A stretch of 62,723 bases of DNA, taken from positions 1 through 62,723 of the forward strand of contig CAMDDA010000002.1 in the NCBI GenBank assembly GCA_945890755.1. Reading direction: 5' to 3'. Made by a program: the position numbers and the translations under genes. A model generated the notes under the pieces. The model saw only the letters and a list, made by a program, of their open reading frames with translations, did no database searches and was not told where the DNA came from. This DNA is from Candidatus Kuenenia stuttgartensis. Lineage in GTDB: Bacteria > Planctomycetota > Planctomycetia > Pirellulales > UBA1268. Each line of letters begins with the position of its first letter. Position 1 is the first letter of the stretch. This document shows positions 37,723-51,300 of the stretch, piece by piece.

Positions 37723-39159
37723 ATGTCCCACTGGCCCGTGCATGCGGCAATCGACGGCCCCATCGTCATGATCGGCTTTGGCTCGATCGGTCGCGGAACG
37801 CTGCCGCTCATCGAACGCCATTTCACGTTCGACCGCTCACGGTTCGTGGTCATCGATCCCGATGACCGTGACCGCGGCATCCTCGACAAGCACGGCATCC
37901 GGTTTATCCACCAGGCGGTCACCCGCGACCGCTATCGGCATCTGCTGGAGCCGCTCCTCACCGCCGGCGGGGGCGGCGGCTTCTGTGTCAACCTGTCGGT
38001 CGACACCTCTTCTCTCGACATCATGCGGCTCTGCCGGGAACTCGGCACGCTCTACATCGACACGGTGGTCGAACCCTGGCCGGGCTTCTATTTCGATCGC
38101 AGCGCCGGCCCGGAGGCCCGCACGAACAATGCCCTGCGGACGACGGTTCGCGAGGAGAAGGCCCGCCATCCCGGCGGCCCCACCGCCGTGTCGTGCTGCG
38201 GCGCGAATCCGGGGATGGTGTCGTGGTTCGTCAAGCAGGCCCTCGTCGATCTCGCCCGCGACATCGGGCACGGCGGCCCGGAACCGGCGGCAGACGACCA
38301 GGCAGGCTGGGCGACGCTGATGCGCGACCTGGGCGTGAAGGGGATTCACATCGCCGAGCGGGACACGCAACGGGCGAAGAACCCCAAGCCGATCAACACG
38401 TTCGTCAACACCTGGTCGGTCGAGGGATTTCTTTCGGAGGGCATGCAGCCCGCCGAGCTCGGCTGGGGTACGCACGAGCGGTGGCTTCCCGAAAACGGTC
38501 GGCTGCAAACGATCGGATCGAAGGCGGGTGCGTATCTGTTGCAGCCGGGGGCCAATACGCGGGTTCGTTCCTGGTGCCCGACACCAGGGCCCCAGTATGG
38601 GTTCCTCGTGACCCACAACGAGTCGATCTCGATCGCCGACTACTTCACGCTCCGCGACGGCGACACGGTCGTCCACCGCCCCACGTGCCACTATGCCTAC
38701 CACCCCGCCGATGACGCCGTGCTTTCGCTGCACGAACTCTTCGGCCGCGCCGGCGAGCGACAGGAGGCGATTCACATCCTCGGCGAGGAAGAGATCGTCG
38801 ATGGTGTCGATGAACTGGGCGTGCTGCTCTACGGCCACGAGAAGAACGCCTACTGGTATGGCTCCCAGCTCTCGATCGACGAGGCCCGTGATCTCGCCCC
38901 GTACCAAAACGCCACCGGACTGCAGGTCACGTCGGCGGTGCTGGCCGGGATGGTGTGGGCCCTCGAAAATCCCCAGGCGGGCATCGTCGAGGCCGACGAG
39001 ATGGACTTCCGGCGGTGTCTTGCCGTCCAGCGGCCCTACCTCGGACCGGTGACCGGCCACTACACCGACTGGACCCCCCTGACCGGTCGCCCCGGCCTCT
39101 TTGCCGAAGACATCGACCCGACCGATCCGTGGCAGTTCCGCAACGTCCTCGTGCACTGA
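37723..39159 (+). CDS. hss: homospermidine synthase
   Basis: WPVHAAIDGPIVMIGFGSIGRGTLPLIERHF...VVIDP..., ...SCCGANPGMVSWFVKQAL..., 478 aa. ATG sits 7 nt after AGGAG. Confidence 0.88.
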   Translation: MSHWPVHAAIDGPIVMIGFGSIGRGTLPLIERHFTFDRSRFVVIDPDDRDRGILDKHGIRFIHQAVTRDRYRHLLEPLLTAGGGGGFCVNLSVDTSSLDIMRLCRELGTLYIDTVVEPWPGFYFDRSAGPEARTNNALRTTVREEKARHPGGPTAVSCCGANPGMVSWFVKQALVDLARDIGHGGPEPAADDQAGWATLMRDLGVKGIHIAERDTQRAKNPKPINTFVNTWSVEGFLSEGMQPAELGWGTHERWLPENGRLQTIGSKAGAYLLQPGANTRVRSWCPTPGPQYGFLVTHNESISIADYFTLRDGDTVVHRPTCHYAYHPADDAVLSLHELFGRAGERQEAIHILGEEEIVDGVDELGVLLYGHEKNAYWYGSQLSIDEARDLAPYQNATGLQVTSAVLAGMVWALENPQAGIVEADEMDFRRCLAVQRPYLGPVTGHYTDWTPLTGRPGLFAEDIDPTDPWQFRNVLVH

Positions 39160-39168
39160 CCGAATGCG

Positions 39169-39861
39169 TCAGGCCCTCAGTTCCTGCTCGAGCGATGCGA
39201 GCCGGGCGACAACGTCGGCCACCTGGGCCTCGAGCCGTGCGACCCGGTCGTCGAGTTGCGTGCCGCCGGTGCTGCTGCGGTCAACCGCCGGCGGCTCCGT
39301 CGCCGCGGCCATCTCCAGTTGCGACCGCACCTTCTCGAGCTTCTCTGCGGGCAACAGGCCATGCGTGAGCAGCCGGCCGCGGCCGGGAGGCGAAAGCCAG
39401 ACGATGAGTCCCTTCGTCGCCAGCCGGTCGAGGAAGCCGCGGAGCAGGACGAGGTCCGGGATCGGATCCATCCGGCTGGCACGACCGCGGAGATCCCCCT
39501 CCGTCTGCTCGCCGCGGAGCAGGAGTTCGCCCATGATCGCGAGCTCTTCCTTCTCGACGCCGAGCCAATCGTAGGCGAGGTGGCGATACCGCGGAATCTT
39601 GCCGCTGCCATACACCTCCGCCACGGTGCCGGCATGCCGAAGGCTGGTAAGGGCCCGCATCACCTGCTCCTCGTCGAGTGTCATCACGGGGTCGCGGTTG
39701 CTCTTCTGGTTGCAGCCGGTGACGACACCGTTGAGCGACAACGGATACTGGTCGGGCGTGGTCTTCGCCTTCTCGATCAACACGCCGAGCACCCGCCGCT
39801 CGACGGCGTCCAGCGGCCGGACGGTCGCGGCGGCACGCGGGGCGTTATCCGGATCGGTCAT
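39169..39861 (-). CDS. DUF480 (YceH) family protein
   Basis: LDAVERRVLGVLIEKAKTTPDQYPLSLNGVVTGCNQKSNRDPVM... with a C-terminal coiled coil. An alternative ATG is at 39897. Confidence 0.8.
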   Translation of the reverse strand: MTDPDNAPRAAATVRPLDAVERRVLGVLIEKAKTTPDQYPLSLNGVVTGCNQKSNRDPVMTLDEEQVMRALTSLRHAGTVAEVYGSGKIPRYRHLAYDWLGVEKEELAIMGELLLRGEQTEGDLRGRASRMDPIPDLVLLRGFLDRLATKGLIVWLSPPGRGRLLTHGLLPAEKLEKVRSQLEMAAATEPPAVDRSSTGGTQLDDRVARLEAQVADVVARLASLEQELRA

Positions 39862-39939
39862 GAGCGTTTCCTGGTCATGGTCGTGTTCGGGGGGCATGCC
39901 GTGCAGCCACGGCTCAGGTAGATTATCTTGTATTTCCCA

Positions 39940-40293
39940 ATGATGACCTGCCTCCTCAAGTCGAAAATCCACCGTGCGGCGGTGACCGGCGCCTCGGTCG
40001 ATTACGAGGGCAGCCTGACGATCGCGGCTGATCTCGCCGAGCGGGTCGGCCTGCGGCCTTACGAGCGGATTCTCGTGGGGAATCTCGCCAACGGCGAGCG
40101 GTTCGAGACCTACGTGATCTACGGGCCGCCGGGCTCGGCCGTGATCGAACTCAACGGGGCGACTGCCCACCTCGGCAAGCCCGGCGACCGGCTGACGATC
40201 ATGTCGTTCACCTGGCTCGATGCCGATGCCGCGGCCCGACACGCCCCGGCCATCATCGTGCTCGACGAGCACAACCGCGTCGCCCGGGGCTGA
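39940..40293 (+). CDS. panD: aspartate 1-decarboxylase (pyruvoyl-dependent)
   Basis: LLKSKIHRAAVTGASVDYEGSLTI contains the self-cleavage G-S site. There are two adjacent ATGs at 39940 and 39943. Confidence 0.92.
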   Translation: MMTCLLKSKIHRAAVTGASVDYEGSLTIAADLAERVGLRPYERILVGNLANGERFETYVIYGPPGSAVIELNGATAHLGKPGDRLTIMSFTWLDADAAARHAPAIIVLDEHNRVARG

Positions 40294-40305
40294 TCTCCAG
40301 CTGCG

Positions 40306-41799
<1,494 letters not shown>

Positions 41800-41809
41800 C
41801 AGGTGTTCC

Positions 41810-44800
41810 TCACTTGCAGAGGGTTTCGTCGAGGTTCATGAGTTCGTTCGTGAGCATCGTCCAGGCGGCCAGCTGTGCCGCGTCGGCCGTGGTCGCCTTC
41901 GCCTCTCCGACGGCGACGAGCTTCTGGGCCTCGTCAGGATGCCCCCCGTACCAGGCCGAGAGATCCGAGAGCGACTGTTTCACGACCGCCAGTTCGTCGG
42001 CGGTGAACGGCCGCGACAGGACGTGCTTCACGATGAAGTCGATCCGGGCGTCGTCGGTGCCGGCCGTCTGGATCGCCCGGTCGGCGAGCACCCGGGCCGC
42101 CTCCACGAACTGCGGATCGTTGAGCGTGACGAGCGCCTGCAGCGGCGTGTTGGTCCGCTCCCGCTTCACCGTGCAGGTCTCACGCGACGGGGCGTTGAAG
42201 ATGTCCATCGACGCCGGCGGCGCCGACCGCTTCCAGAACCAATACATGCTCCGCCGGTAGAGGGCGTCCCCCTTGTCCCGTTGGTAACGGCTCGTGTTGC
42301 CCCCCATCGACACCGCCTCCCACACACCGTCGGGCTGATAGGGCTTCACGCTCGGGCCGCCCATCTGCTTCACGAGCAGGCCGCTCGCGGCGAGGGCCGA
42401 ATCGCGGACCATCTCGGCATCCATGCGGAACCGCGGGCCCCGGGAGAGCAGGCGATTGGCATTGTCTTTCACGAGCTTGTCGGGCGTGGTCGCCGCACTC
42501 TGGCGGTAGGCCGCGCTCGTGAGCAGGAGCCGAAACAGTTTCTTGACATCCCAGCCGCTTTCACGGAACTCGACGGCCAGCCAGTCGAGCAACTCGGGAT
42601 GACTCGGCAGTTCGCCGGTGATGCCGAAGTCGCCCGCTGTTCGCACGAGTCCCGTGCCAAACACCTCCTGCCAGAACCGATTCACCGTCACCCGCGTCGT
42701 GAGCGGGTGATCCTGCAGCAGGAGCCACTTCGCCAGGCCGAGCCGGTTCTTGGGCAGGTCGGCCGGGAATGCCGGCAGGACCGCCGGCGTGGACGGCTGC
42801 ACCTCGTCCTTCCGCTTGTCGTACTCGCCGCGGTCGAGGATGTAGGCCTTCGCCATCTCGTTCTTCTCGTTCATCACATGGGCGACCGTGCCCCGCTTGC
42901 GGATGTCGGCATGCTCGCTCTCGAGCTGGGCCAGGTCGGCCGTCGCCGCCTTGTAGGTCTCGTCGAGGCTCGCGAGCCACCAGTCGTAGAGGCCGCCGGC
43001 GGCCTTGACCCGCTCCTCGGGGGCGAGCTTCACGATCTGCGCGAGGGCCTGGGCCTTGGAGAGACCCTCCACTTCACCCGCGGAGAGGGCTCGGCCCCAG
43101 AGTTCGATGCCGGCCAGGCCCACGCCATGCGCCGTCGCCGCCTGCGACCGGCCGCCGATCACCAGCGGCGTCTCGGTCTTGATGGTGTGCTTCTTGAAGG
43201 TGTTGGTCTCGACCTTGGGCTTTTGAAGCTTGCCGTCGTAGTAGATCTTCACCCCCTCGGCCTTGCCCGAGCCGTCGTAGGTGACCGACACGAGCGTCCA
43301 GGCATCGGCCTTGAGCTGGGCCGACGACAGCACCTTGATCGCGTCGGCGGGATACGCATGGACTAGGTGCATGCCGACGCGGCGGCCCTGCACCCAGACG
43401 TCCCAGCCACGGAAGGCATTGGCTTCGTCCATCCGCGCGATCACGGCATACGACGTGTCGTTCGCCGGCGGCCGGATCCAAAAAGTGGCACTGAACGGCT
43501 GATCGTGCTCGAAGTCGCCGACGTTCGGCAGCTCCGCCGCCCGCCCGTCGAGGAGCACCGCGGCCGCGCCGCTCGGGCCGGCCTGCCACTTCGTGGTGGT
43601 CGTCAGCGGCAGGTCGGTGTCCTTGCCCACGAGGCGGGCCCGCGTCTTCGAGCCCTCGCCTTCGAGCAGGTCGATCTCCAAGAGTGGCGTGTCCTGCGGT
43701 GCGGCCTTTGCCACCGCATCCGGCGTCGCCTCCTTGATCCAGCTGTCGAACTCTCCGCGGGCCGCCTGCTTGCGGGCCTCGACCGCCTTGCGGCCGGCGG
43801 CCAGTTCCTTCTCGAGCGCCGTGAAACGCTGCCGATCCTCCGGCTTCGGCACCACGACGATCGGGGGCGTGTCGTGGATGTTGCCGTCCATCGCGTTCTG
43901 CGTCGTGTTGTTGAAGAATGCCGCCAGTTCGTAGAACTCCTTCTGCGAGAGCGGATCGAACTTGTGGTTGTGGCAGACGGCGCAGCCCGCCGTGAGGCCC
44001 AGCCACACCGCGGCCGTCGTCTCCGTGCGGTCGCGGGTGTAGAGCACGAGATACTCTTCCGGGATCGTGCCCCCTTCGTTGGTCGTCATGTTGCAGCGGT
44101 TGAAGCCACTGGCGATCTGCCGCTCGAGAACCTCGTCGGGACTGCCCTCTGTCTCCTTGGCGAGCAGATCACCCGCGAGTTGCATGATCGTGAACTGGTC
44201 GAACGGCAGGTTGCGGTTGAACGCGTTCACCACCCACTGCCGATACGTCCACATCTCGCGATAGTTGTCGAAGTGAATGCCGTGCGTGTCGGCGTAGCGG
44301 GCATAGTCGAGCCAGTGCCGGCCACGGTGCTCGCCCCACTCGGGCTTCGCCAGCAACTGATCGACGAGCTGTTCGTAGGCGTCGGGCCGCGTGTCGGAAA
44401 CGAATGCCTCGACGACGGCCGGCTCCGGCGGCAGCCCCGTGATGTCGAGCGCGACCCGGCGGGCCAACGTCCGGCGATCGGCCTCGGGGGCCGGCGCGAG
44501 TCCTTCGGCCTCCAGCTGGGCCAGAATGAACCGGTCGATCGGGTTCTTGACCCAGGCCTCGTTCTTCACGGCCGGGGGCTGGGGCCGCGCCGGCGGGATG
44601 AACGACCAGTGTGGCTGATACTCAGCCCCCTCGGCGATCCACCGCTTGAGCAGCTCTTTCTGCTCGGCCGTCAGCACCTTCTTGAGGCTCGGCGGCGGCA
44701 TCACCTCCTCTGGATCGTCGGAGAAGATGCGGTCGAGGGCCACACTCGAATCGGGGTCGCCCGGGGCGATGGCGCCGCTCTCGACTGCCGCGTCGCGGTC

Positions 44801-45010
44801 GTCGAGCCGGAGGTCGGCCTTCCGGCCGGCACTGTCGGCGCCGTGACACCCGAAGCAGTTTTCCACCAGGATCGGCCGGATGTCCCTGTTGAAGGACAGC
44901 GGGGCGGCTGCGGCGGCCAACGGCACGCTGGCCAGGCACAGGGCGATTAGTGAAAATGCCGGCGGCTTGGCGAGCTGGCGCGTGGATGTGCTGCAACGAG
45001 GCTGACGCAT
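41810..45010 (-). CDS. PSCyt (planctomycete cytochrome c) / DUF1549 / DUF1553 domain protein
   Basis: Signal peptide, then FNRDIRPILVENCFGCHG (CxxCH), then long DUF1549/DUF1553-like regions. ATG at 45010 sits after AAGGAG. The upstream part of the track ORF runs through a REP-A copy and was rejected. Confidence 0.85.
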   Translation of the reverse strand: MRQPRCSTSTRQLAKPPAFSLIALCLASVPLAAAAAPLSFNRDIRPILVENCFGCHGADSAGRKADLRLDDRDAAVESGAIAPGDPDSSVALDRIFSDDPEEVMPPPSLKKVLTAEQKELLKRWIAEGAEYQPHWSFIPPARPQPPAVKNEAWVKNPIDRFILAQLEAEGLAPAPEADRRTLARRVALDITGLPPEPAVVEAFVSDTRPDAYEQLVDQLLAKPEWGEHRGRHWLDYARYADTHGIHFDNYREMWTYRQWVVNAFNRNLPFDQFTIMQLAGDLLAKETEGSPDEVLERQIASGFNRCNMTTNEGGTIPEEYLVLYTRDRTETTAAVWLGLTAGCAVCHNHKFDPLSQKEFYELAAFFNNTTQNAMDGNIHDTPPIVVVPKPEDRQRFTALEKELAAGRKAVEARKQAARGEFDSWIKEATPDAVAKAAPQDTPLLEIDLLEGEGSKTRARLVGKDTDLPLTTTTKWQAGPSGAAAVLLDGRAAELPNVGDFEHDQPFSATFWIRPPANDTSYAVIARMDEANAFRGWDVWVQGRRVGMHLVHAYPADAIKVLSSAQLKADAWTLVSVTYDGSGKAEGVKIYYDGKLQKPKVETNTFKKHTIKTETPLVIGGRSQAATAHGVGLAGIELWGRALSAGEVEGLSKAQALAQIVKLAPEERVKAAGGLYDWWLASLDETYKAATADLAQLESEHADIRKRGTVAHVMNEKNEMAKAYILDRGEYDKRKDEVQPSTPAVLPAFPADLPKNRLGLAKWLLLQDHPLTTRVTVNRFWQEVFGTGLVRTAGDFGITGELPSHPELLDWLAVEFRESGWDVKKLFRLLLTSAAYRQSAATTPDKLVKDNANRLLSRGPRFRMDAEMVRDSALAASGLLVKQMGGPSVKPYQPDGVWEAVSMGGNTSRYQRDKGDALYRRSMYWFWKRSAPPASMDIFNAPSRETCTVKRERTNTPLQALVTLNDPQFVEAARVLADRAIQTAGTDDARIDFIVKHVLSRPFTADELAVVKQSLSDLSAWYGGHPDEAQKLVAVGEAKATTADAAQLAAWTMLTNELMNLDETLCK

Positions 45011-45157
45011 GCGATCTCCTTGGGGCAGACAGGCCGCGGCGGTCAGACCGGCACGGCTTTCGGCGTTGAATACCAGGAGTCGGCGTTGCGCTCCGCCGGC
45101 TCGACCTTGAAATTGTAGCATCCTGTATGGGGGCGAACCACGGCTATTCTGCCGACA

Positions 45158-45248
45158 GGAGGCCCGTTGCTCCGCAACGGGCTGCCCGTCACGGAGTGAC
45201 GGGCCTACGGTAGGCAACGGGCTTCCCGTCACGGAGTGACGGGCCTAC
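45158..45248 (-). repeat. REP-A element, reverse orientation, expanded
   Basis: GGCCCGTTGCTCCGCAACGGGC-T-GCCCGTCACGGAGTGACGGGCCTAC, then GTAGGCAACGGGC-TT-CCCGTCACGGAGTGACGGGCCTAC. It lies in a divergent promoter region. Confidence 0.9.
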
Positions 45249-45386
45249 GAGACCGCTGCTCGCCAAACTGCGTATTCTGGTCTGCCTGACCCTGACCTTC
45301 CTCCTGCCTGTAACAGGCGTACCGCGGGGGAGTGATCTGGATGGGGCCGTCCGTATTCCCATCCGTATTCATTGGAGAAGCGTGTC

Positions 45387-48300
45387 ATGCTGCTTTGCCC
45401 GTCGCGGCGGCTGCCGGCTGTCAGCGTCCTGATCGGCCTCGTGATCCTCGGAGGAATCGCCGTGATGCACCGCTCGAGTCAGGCCACCGAAAATGCCGCC
45501 AGCCCACGGGCCGCAGCCTGGGGCAGCGTGCAGCAGGCGCTCGAAGAGGGCAAGCCGAAGACGGCCCTCGAATCGCTCGCCGGCATCGAGCAGGCTGCCA
45601 TTCAGGAGAAGGCCTGGGCCGAGGCTGCCCGAGCCATCGCGACGCGTATCCTCGCCGAGACGGGCGACCGCCCCGGCGACGACCCTGAGCGTGTGATCCG
45701 CCTCGCCGCCGCGATCGAAACCGCACCAGCCGAGACGCGGGGTGTGCTTCAGGCGATCCGCGCCAACTGGACCTGGGGCTACTTTCAGGCGAACCGCTGG
45801 CGGTATCAGCAGCGGACGCCAGGTTCCGTGTCGCCTCCGCAGGGCGGAGCAGACGCCACCGAGCTCGCGAAACTCGCCGAGTGGGACCTGCCCACGATCG
45901 TGGCCGAGATCCGCAGCCGGTTTGCCGCCGCGGTCGGTGCGGCTGGCAGCCCCGAGCGAAAGCTCCTCCAGTCGCTCCCCGTGGCCGACTGGTCGATGCT
46001 CATCGAAAAGGGCACGCAGCCCGATGCCTATCGGCCCACCGTCTGGGACGTGGTCATCCGCAATGCAGTCGAGTTCGCCGCGTCGGGCGAGCGGGGCCTC
46101 GTCGATCCTGAAGACGCGTTCGAACTCGTGGGGTCGAGCCCTGCCCTGGGCACGCGCGACGAGTTTCTGGCCTGGAAGCCCGAAGCCGACCCGGCAGTGA
46201 CCGACACGGCCGCCCCCGTGCTCGACACGCTGCGGCTGTATCGCGAGCTGATCGCATTTCACACAGCCGACGCCGACAAGACGGCTCTGCTCTCGGCCGA
46301 TCTCGACCGGATTCTGTGGGCAGGCAGCGTGGCAGTGGCCGACGACGGCCCCGCGGCGCTCGCCGCGCGAAAGCGGCAGGCGCTCGAGGCCTTCGCCGCA
46401 CGGGCCGGCGACCATGAGACGGCGGCGCTGGCCACGTATCACGCCGCCGCGAGCCTGCACGGCGAGGGGGATCTCGTCGCGGCACGAAGGCTCGCCGCCG
46501 GCGTGATCGATGCGCAGCCGAACTCGCCCGGCGCGGCGCTGTGCCGCAACCTGATCGCCGAGATCGAGGCGAAGAATCTCGCGCTGGCGACGGAGCGGTC
46601 GTGGGCGGAGCCCTGGCCCGCGATCCGCGTGAGCTATCGCAACCTGGCGAGGCTGCACCTGCGGCTCGTGAAGGCCGACTGGCTCGAGCGGCTGCGAGCC
46701 GGCAAGCAGCTTGACTGGTTCGACGACGAAGATCGTGCCGCGATCCTGAAGCTGCCCGCGGTGCGGGAGCAGGCCGTCGATCTGCCGGCCACACCTGACT
46801 ATCAGGAGCGGCACGAGGACGTGCCCGTCACCGAGCTCGATCCGCAGGGCCTCGAGCCGGGGGGCTACTTCGTGATCGCGACCGCACGCCCCGACTTCGG
46901 TGGCACCGACAACGTCGTGGCGGCGGCGTTCGTGCGCGTGACGCGGCTGGCGATCGTCATCGAGCAGGGTGGAGCCGGGCACGTCGTGAACATCGCCACG
47001 GGTGAGCCGGTGGCTGGGGCGAACGTGAAGGCGTATGTCGGCTCGTGGGACAACGCCCGGAACCGGCAGGTGTTCAAGGAGCACGGCCCCGCGACGACCG
47101 ACAAGGATGGCCGGTTTTCGCTGAAGGTGCCCGAGCCGGCCCACAACGTCGTGATCGTGGCCTCCGCGACGCTCGACGGCGCGACGCACGAAGCGTCGAC
47201 CGACCGAACGCAGATCTGGCAGCAGCATCGGCCCCACCCGCACGGCGCCGTCGTGCTCGTCACCGACCGCGGCATCCACCGGCCTGGGCAGATGGTGCAC
47301 TACAAGGGCATTGCCTGCAGTGTGGATCAGGCCGGGGCGAAGTACGCCGCGGCGGCGAGCGTCGCCGTCGATGTCGTGTTCCGCGATGCGAACGGCCGCG
47401 AGGTGGCGAAGGCGCGACACACGACGACGGCCAATGGCTCGTTTCACGGCAATTTTCCGATCGCGACCGGCGCGCTCCCCGGCCAGTGGTCGATCCAGGC
47501 GCAGGCGGCCGGACAGCAGCCGGCCGCGGGGGGCGTGGGCGTGCGGGTGGAGGAGTACAAGCGGCCGAAGTTCAAGGTCGAGCTGGCGAAGCCCGCAGAG
47601 GCCGTGCCGCTCGGCGGCACCGTGACGCTCACCGGCACGGCCACCACCTACACCGGCCTCCCGGTGGCGGGCGCGAAGGTTGCCTGGCGGGTCGAGCGGC
47701 AGGTCCGCTGGCCGATCTGGTGCCGCTGGTTCTTCCCCTGGCTGCCGTTCGACTCGGGTGGTCAGCGGATCGCGCGGGGCACTGCCGTCAGTGATGCCAA
47801 CGGGGCATTCGCGATCGCGTTTCCGGCGAAGCCCGACCGCAGCGTGCCCAAGGACTCGCTGCCCGTGTTCACATTCGCCGTCACGGCCGACATCACCGAC
47901 GCCGGTGGCGAGACGCGAAGTGCGGAGCAGAGCGTGAGCGTGGGCTACACCGACGTCGAGGCCACGGTGACGGCCGACGCCTGGCAGGCGGTCGGCGGCG
48001 CGGGCGAGCCTGCGGCGGTCGCGGTGACGGTCAACACGACCACGCTGGATGGCGTGGCGAAGGGAGCCACCGGCACGCTCACGGTCTCGCGGCTCGTACA
48101 GCCGGCCGAGGTCGATCGCGGCAGCTTCGCCGGGCCGATGCCACGCCCCGTGCCATTCCGCGGCGACCAGGCCGGCCTTCCCCGGCCATCGGAGGTCGAT
48201 CCCGCGAACCCCGACACATGGGCCACGGGCGAGGCCCTGCTCACGGAAAAGCTCGTCACCGACGCCGCCACCGGCAAGGCCGTCGCCACGGCGAAGCTCC

Positions 48301-51300
48301 CGGCGGGCATCTATCGCGCGGTGTTCGCGATTCCCGCCGCGGGCGACGTACCGGCGGTGAAGGCCGAGCAGGTGGTCGAGGTGCTCGATCCACGGGCCGA
48401 GCGATACGGCGTCAAGCGACCGCTCGCGCTCGTCTCGGCCACGACCACGGTCGAACCTCTTTCCGAATACACGGGCCTGATCGGCACCGGCTACGACCGC
48501 GGGCGGGCGTTCGTCGAGATCTCGCAGGCGGGCAAGGTGCTCGAGCGGTTCTGGACGCAGCCGGGCCGAACGCAGTGGCCGGTAAAGTTCAAGGTGGGGG
48601 CCGAGCACCGCGGCGGCTTCACCGTTCGCACCTGGATGGTCCGCGACGGCCGGCTGCATGACCGTACGCAGGTGGTGGACGTGCCGTGGACCGACAAGAA
48701 GCTCGCCGTCACCTGGGAGCGGTTCACGCGGCGGCTGGAGCCGGGAGCGAAGGAAGTCTGGCGGGCGAAGATCATGTCGGTGGCCGATCCGGTCGCGGGG
48801 CCGGCCGCGCCGGCCCGGGCTGAAATGCTCGCGATCCTCTACGACCAGTCGCTCGATGCGCTCGCCGCACACGAGTGGCCGGCTGCGGGGCTCGCAGGCC
48901 TCTTCCGCCGCGAGTCGGGGCCGATGCCGCTGGCATTCACGAACGCCGGCTGCGGGCTCGTGCAACTCCTCTGGGCGTTCGACGTGAAGCATGTGGACGT
49001 GCCCGAACTGACCTATCGGCAGTTCCGCGAGCCGTTCGGCCCGCAGCCGTGGGGCATGTTCGGCGCGGGTGCGAGGCTGATGCGCGGGGGCCGGATGATG
49101 GCCGACCGCGGGATGCCGATGCCGGCTGCAGCGATGGCGGCCGACGCGGAGCCGGAGCGGGCTGAGTCGCTGACGGCGGCCCTGGTGGAGAAGGCCGTCA
49201 ACCGCAGAAAGCAGAGCGCGGCCGAGGATGGCACGGGCGGCCTACGTCCAGCTGCCGCCGCGACGGCCGCGCCCCCACCGCCCCGCAAGAACCTCGTCGA
49301 GACGGCGTTTTTCCTCCCCGCCCTCTCCTCCGACACGGAGGGCAACGTGACGATCGAGTTCACCGTGCCCGACACGCTCACGACCTGGCAGTTCAAGGCG
49401 CTGGCCCACGATGCCGCCCTGCGGAGTGGCACGCTCGTGGACACCTGCGTGTCTGCCAAAGACCTCATGGTCGAGCCGCTCATGCCGCGGTTCCTCCGCG
49501 AGGGAGACGTCGTGAGGATCCCGGTGAAGGTGGGCAACAAGTCCACGGGCCGGCTCACCGGCACGGTGACGTTCGCGCTCGCCGATGCGCGAACGGACGC
49601 ATCGCGCGACGACCTCATCGAGGGTTCGCGGGAGCAGGCGTTCGACCTCGCGGCGGGTGAATCGAAGCCGTTCGTGTTCACCGTGAAGGTGGCCGACGGC
49701 ACCGACGCCCTGCGGTACCTGGCGACCGGCCGCGCCGGCACCGCGAGCGACGGCGAGGAGGCGATGCTCCCGGTGCTGCCGCGGCGGGTGCTCGTCACCG
49801 AGACGGTGCCGGTCACGATCCGCGGGCCGGGCGAACGTGTCGTTTCTCTCGACCGGCTCGCGAAGACCGTCGGCACCGACATCCAGAGCCAGTCGCTGGT
49901 GGTGCAGGCGGCGTCGAATCCCGCCTGGTACGCCGTGCTCGCGCTGCCCGCGATCATGGAGCAGGCCGACGAGAGCACCGAGACGCTCTTCACGCGGCTC
50001 TACGCCAACGCGCTCGCCCGGCATCTCGCCACGCGGGATCCGCGGATCGCGAAGGTGTTCGAGCAATGGAAGGGCACCGACGCCCTCACGAGTCCACTCG
50101 AAAAGAATACGGACCTCGTGAAGACGCTCCTCGCGGAAACGCCGTGGGTTCGCGACGCGGTGGACGAAACGGAGGCGCGGGCCCGGATCGCGTTGCTCTT
50201 CGACGCCACCCGCGCAGACAACGAAGCGGCGGCCGCCCTCCAGCGGCTCACGGCCCTGCGCAACGGCGACGGCGGCTGGCCGTGGTTTCCCGGGGGCCAA
50301 ACCTGCGACTCCGTCACGCTCGGGATCATCGCGGGCTTCGGTCGGCTGCGGGCGGCTGGCGTGCCGCTCGACATGCAGCCCGCGCTCCAGGCGATTCCCT
50401 GGCTCGACCGACGGCTCGTCGAGGAGCGGACGTGGGCGGCGAAGCGGTGGGGTGACAAGCCCGACGACGTCGTGCTCACGCCGATCGGCGGCTATGCCCT
50501 CTACGCCCGAAGCTTCTTCCGTGACGACGCGCCGCCGCAGGGTGAAGCGGCCGCCGCGATTCGCTGGGGCCTCGACGTCGCCAAGCGCACCTGGGCCAAG
50601 CTCGACGGCCGGATGACGCAGGGGCATGCGGCGATCGCGCTCGTGCGGGCGGGCGAGCGGGAGACGGCCCTCTCGATCATCGACAGCCTGAAGCAGCGGG
50701 CCGTGGATGCCGACGTGAAGCCGGGCGCGGAGAAGGACTCCTGGCAGGGAATGTGGTGGCGCGACCCGCATCCGGGCTGGTGGAGCTGGAACTACGCCCC
50801 GATCGCCACGCAGACGATCATGATCGAGGCCTTCGACGAGGTGGCCGGCGACAAGGATTCCGTCGAGGCGATGAAGGTCTGGCTCCTCGCGCAGAAGCGG
50901 ACGAGCCAGTGGCCGGGGAGCCGGGCCACGGCCGACGCCGTCTCGGCGCTGCTCGGCCGCGGCACCGACCTGTTCGCCTCGCAGGAACTCCTCGAGGTGA
51001 CGATCGGCGGCGCGCGGATCGAGCCTGCGAAGATGGAGGCCGGCACCGGCTTCTTCGAGGAGCGGCTCGTCCGCCGCGAGATCACGCAGCAGGCGGCCGA
51101 GATCAGGCTCGTGAAAAAGGATGCGGGGCTCGCCTGGGGTGGCGTCCACTGGCAGTATCTCGACGACATCTCGCAGGTGCCCGCGGCGGGCCGAGAGGAA
51201 CTGGCCATCGAGAAGCAGCTGTTCGTGAAGCGGTTCACGAAGGCGGGGCCGGAGCTGGTGCCGATCGCAGGTGCCGCCGGCGGCGCGGCCGTCGAACCCG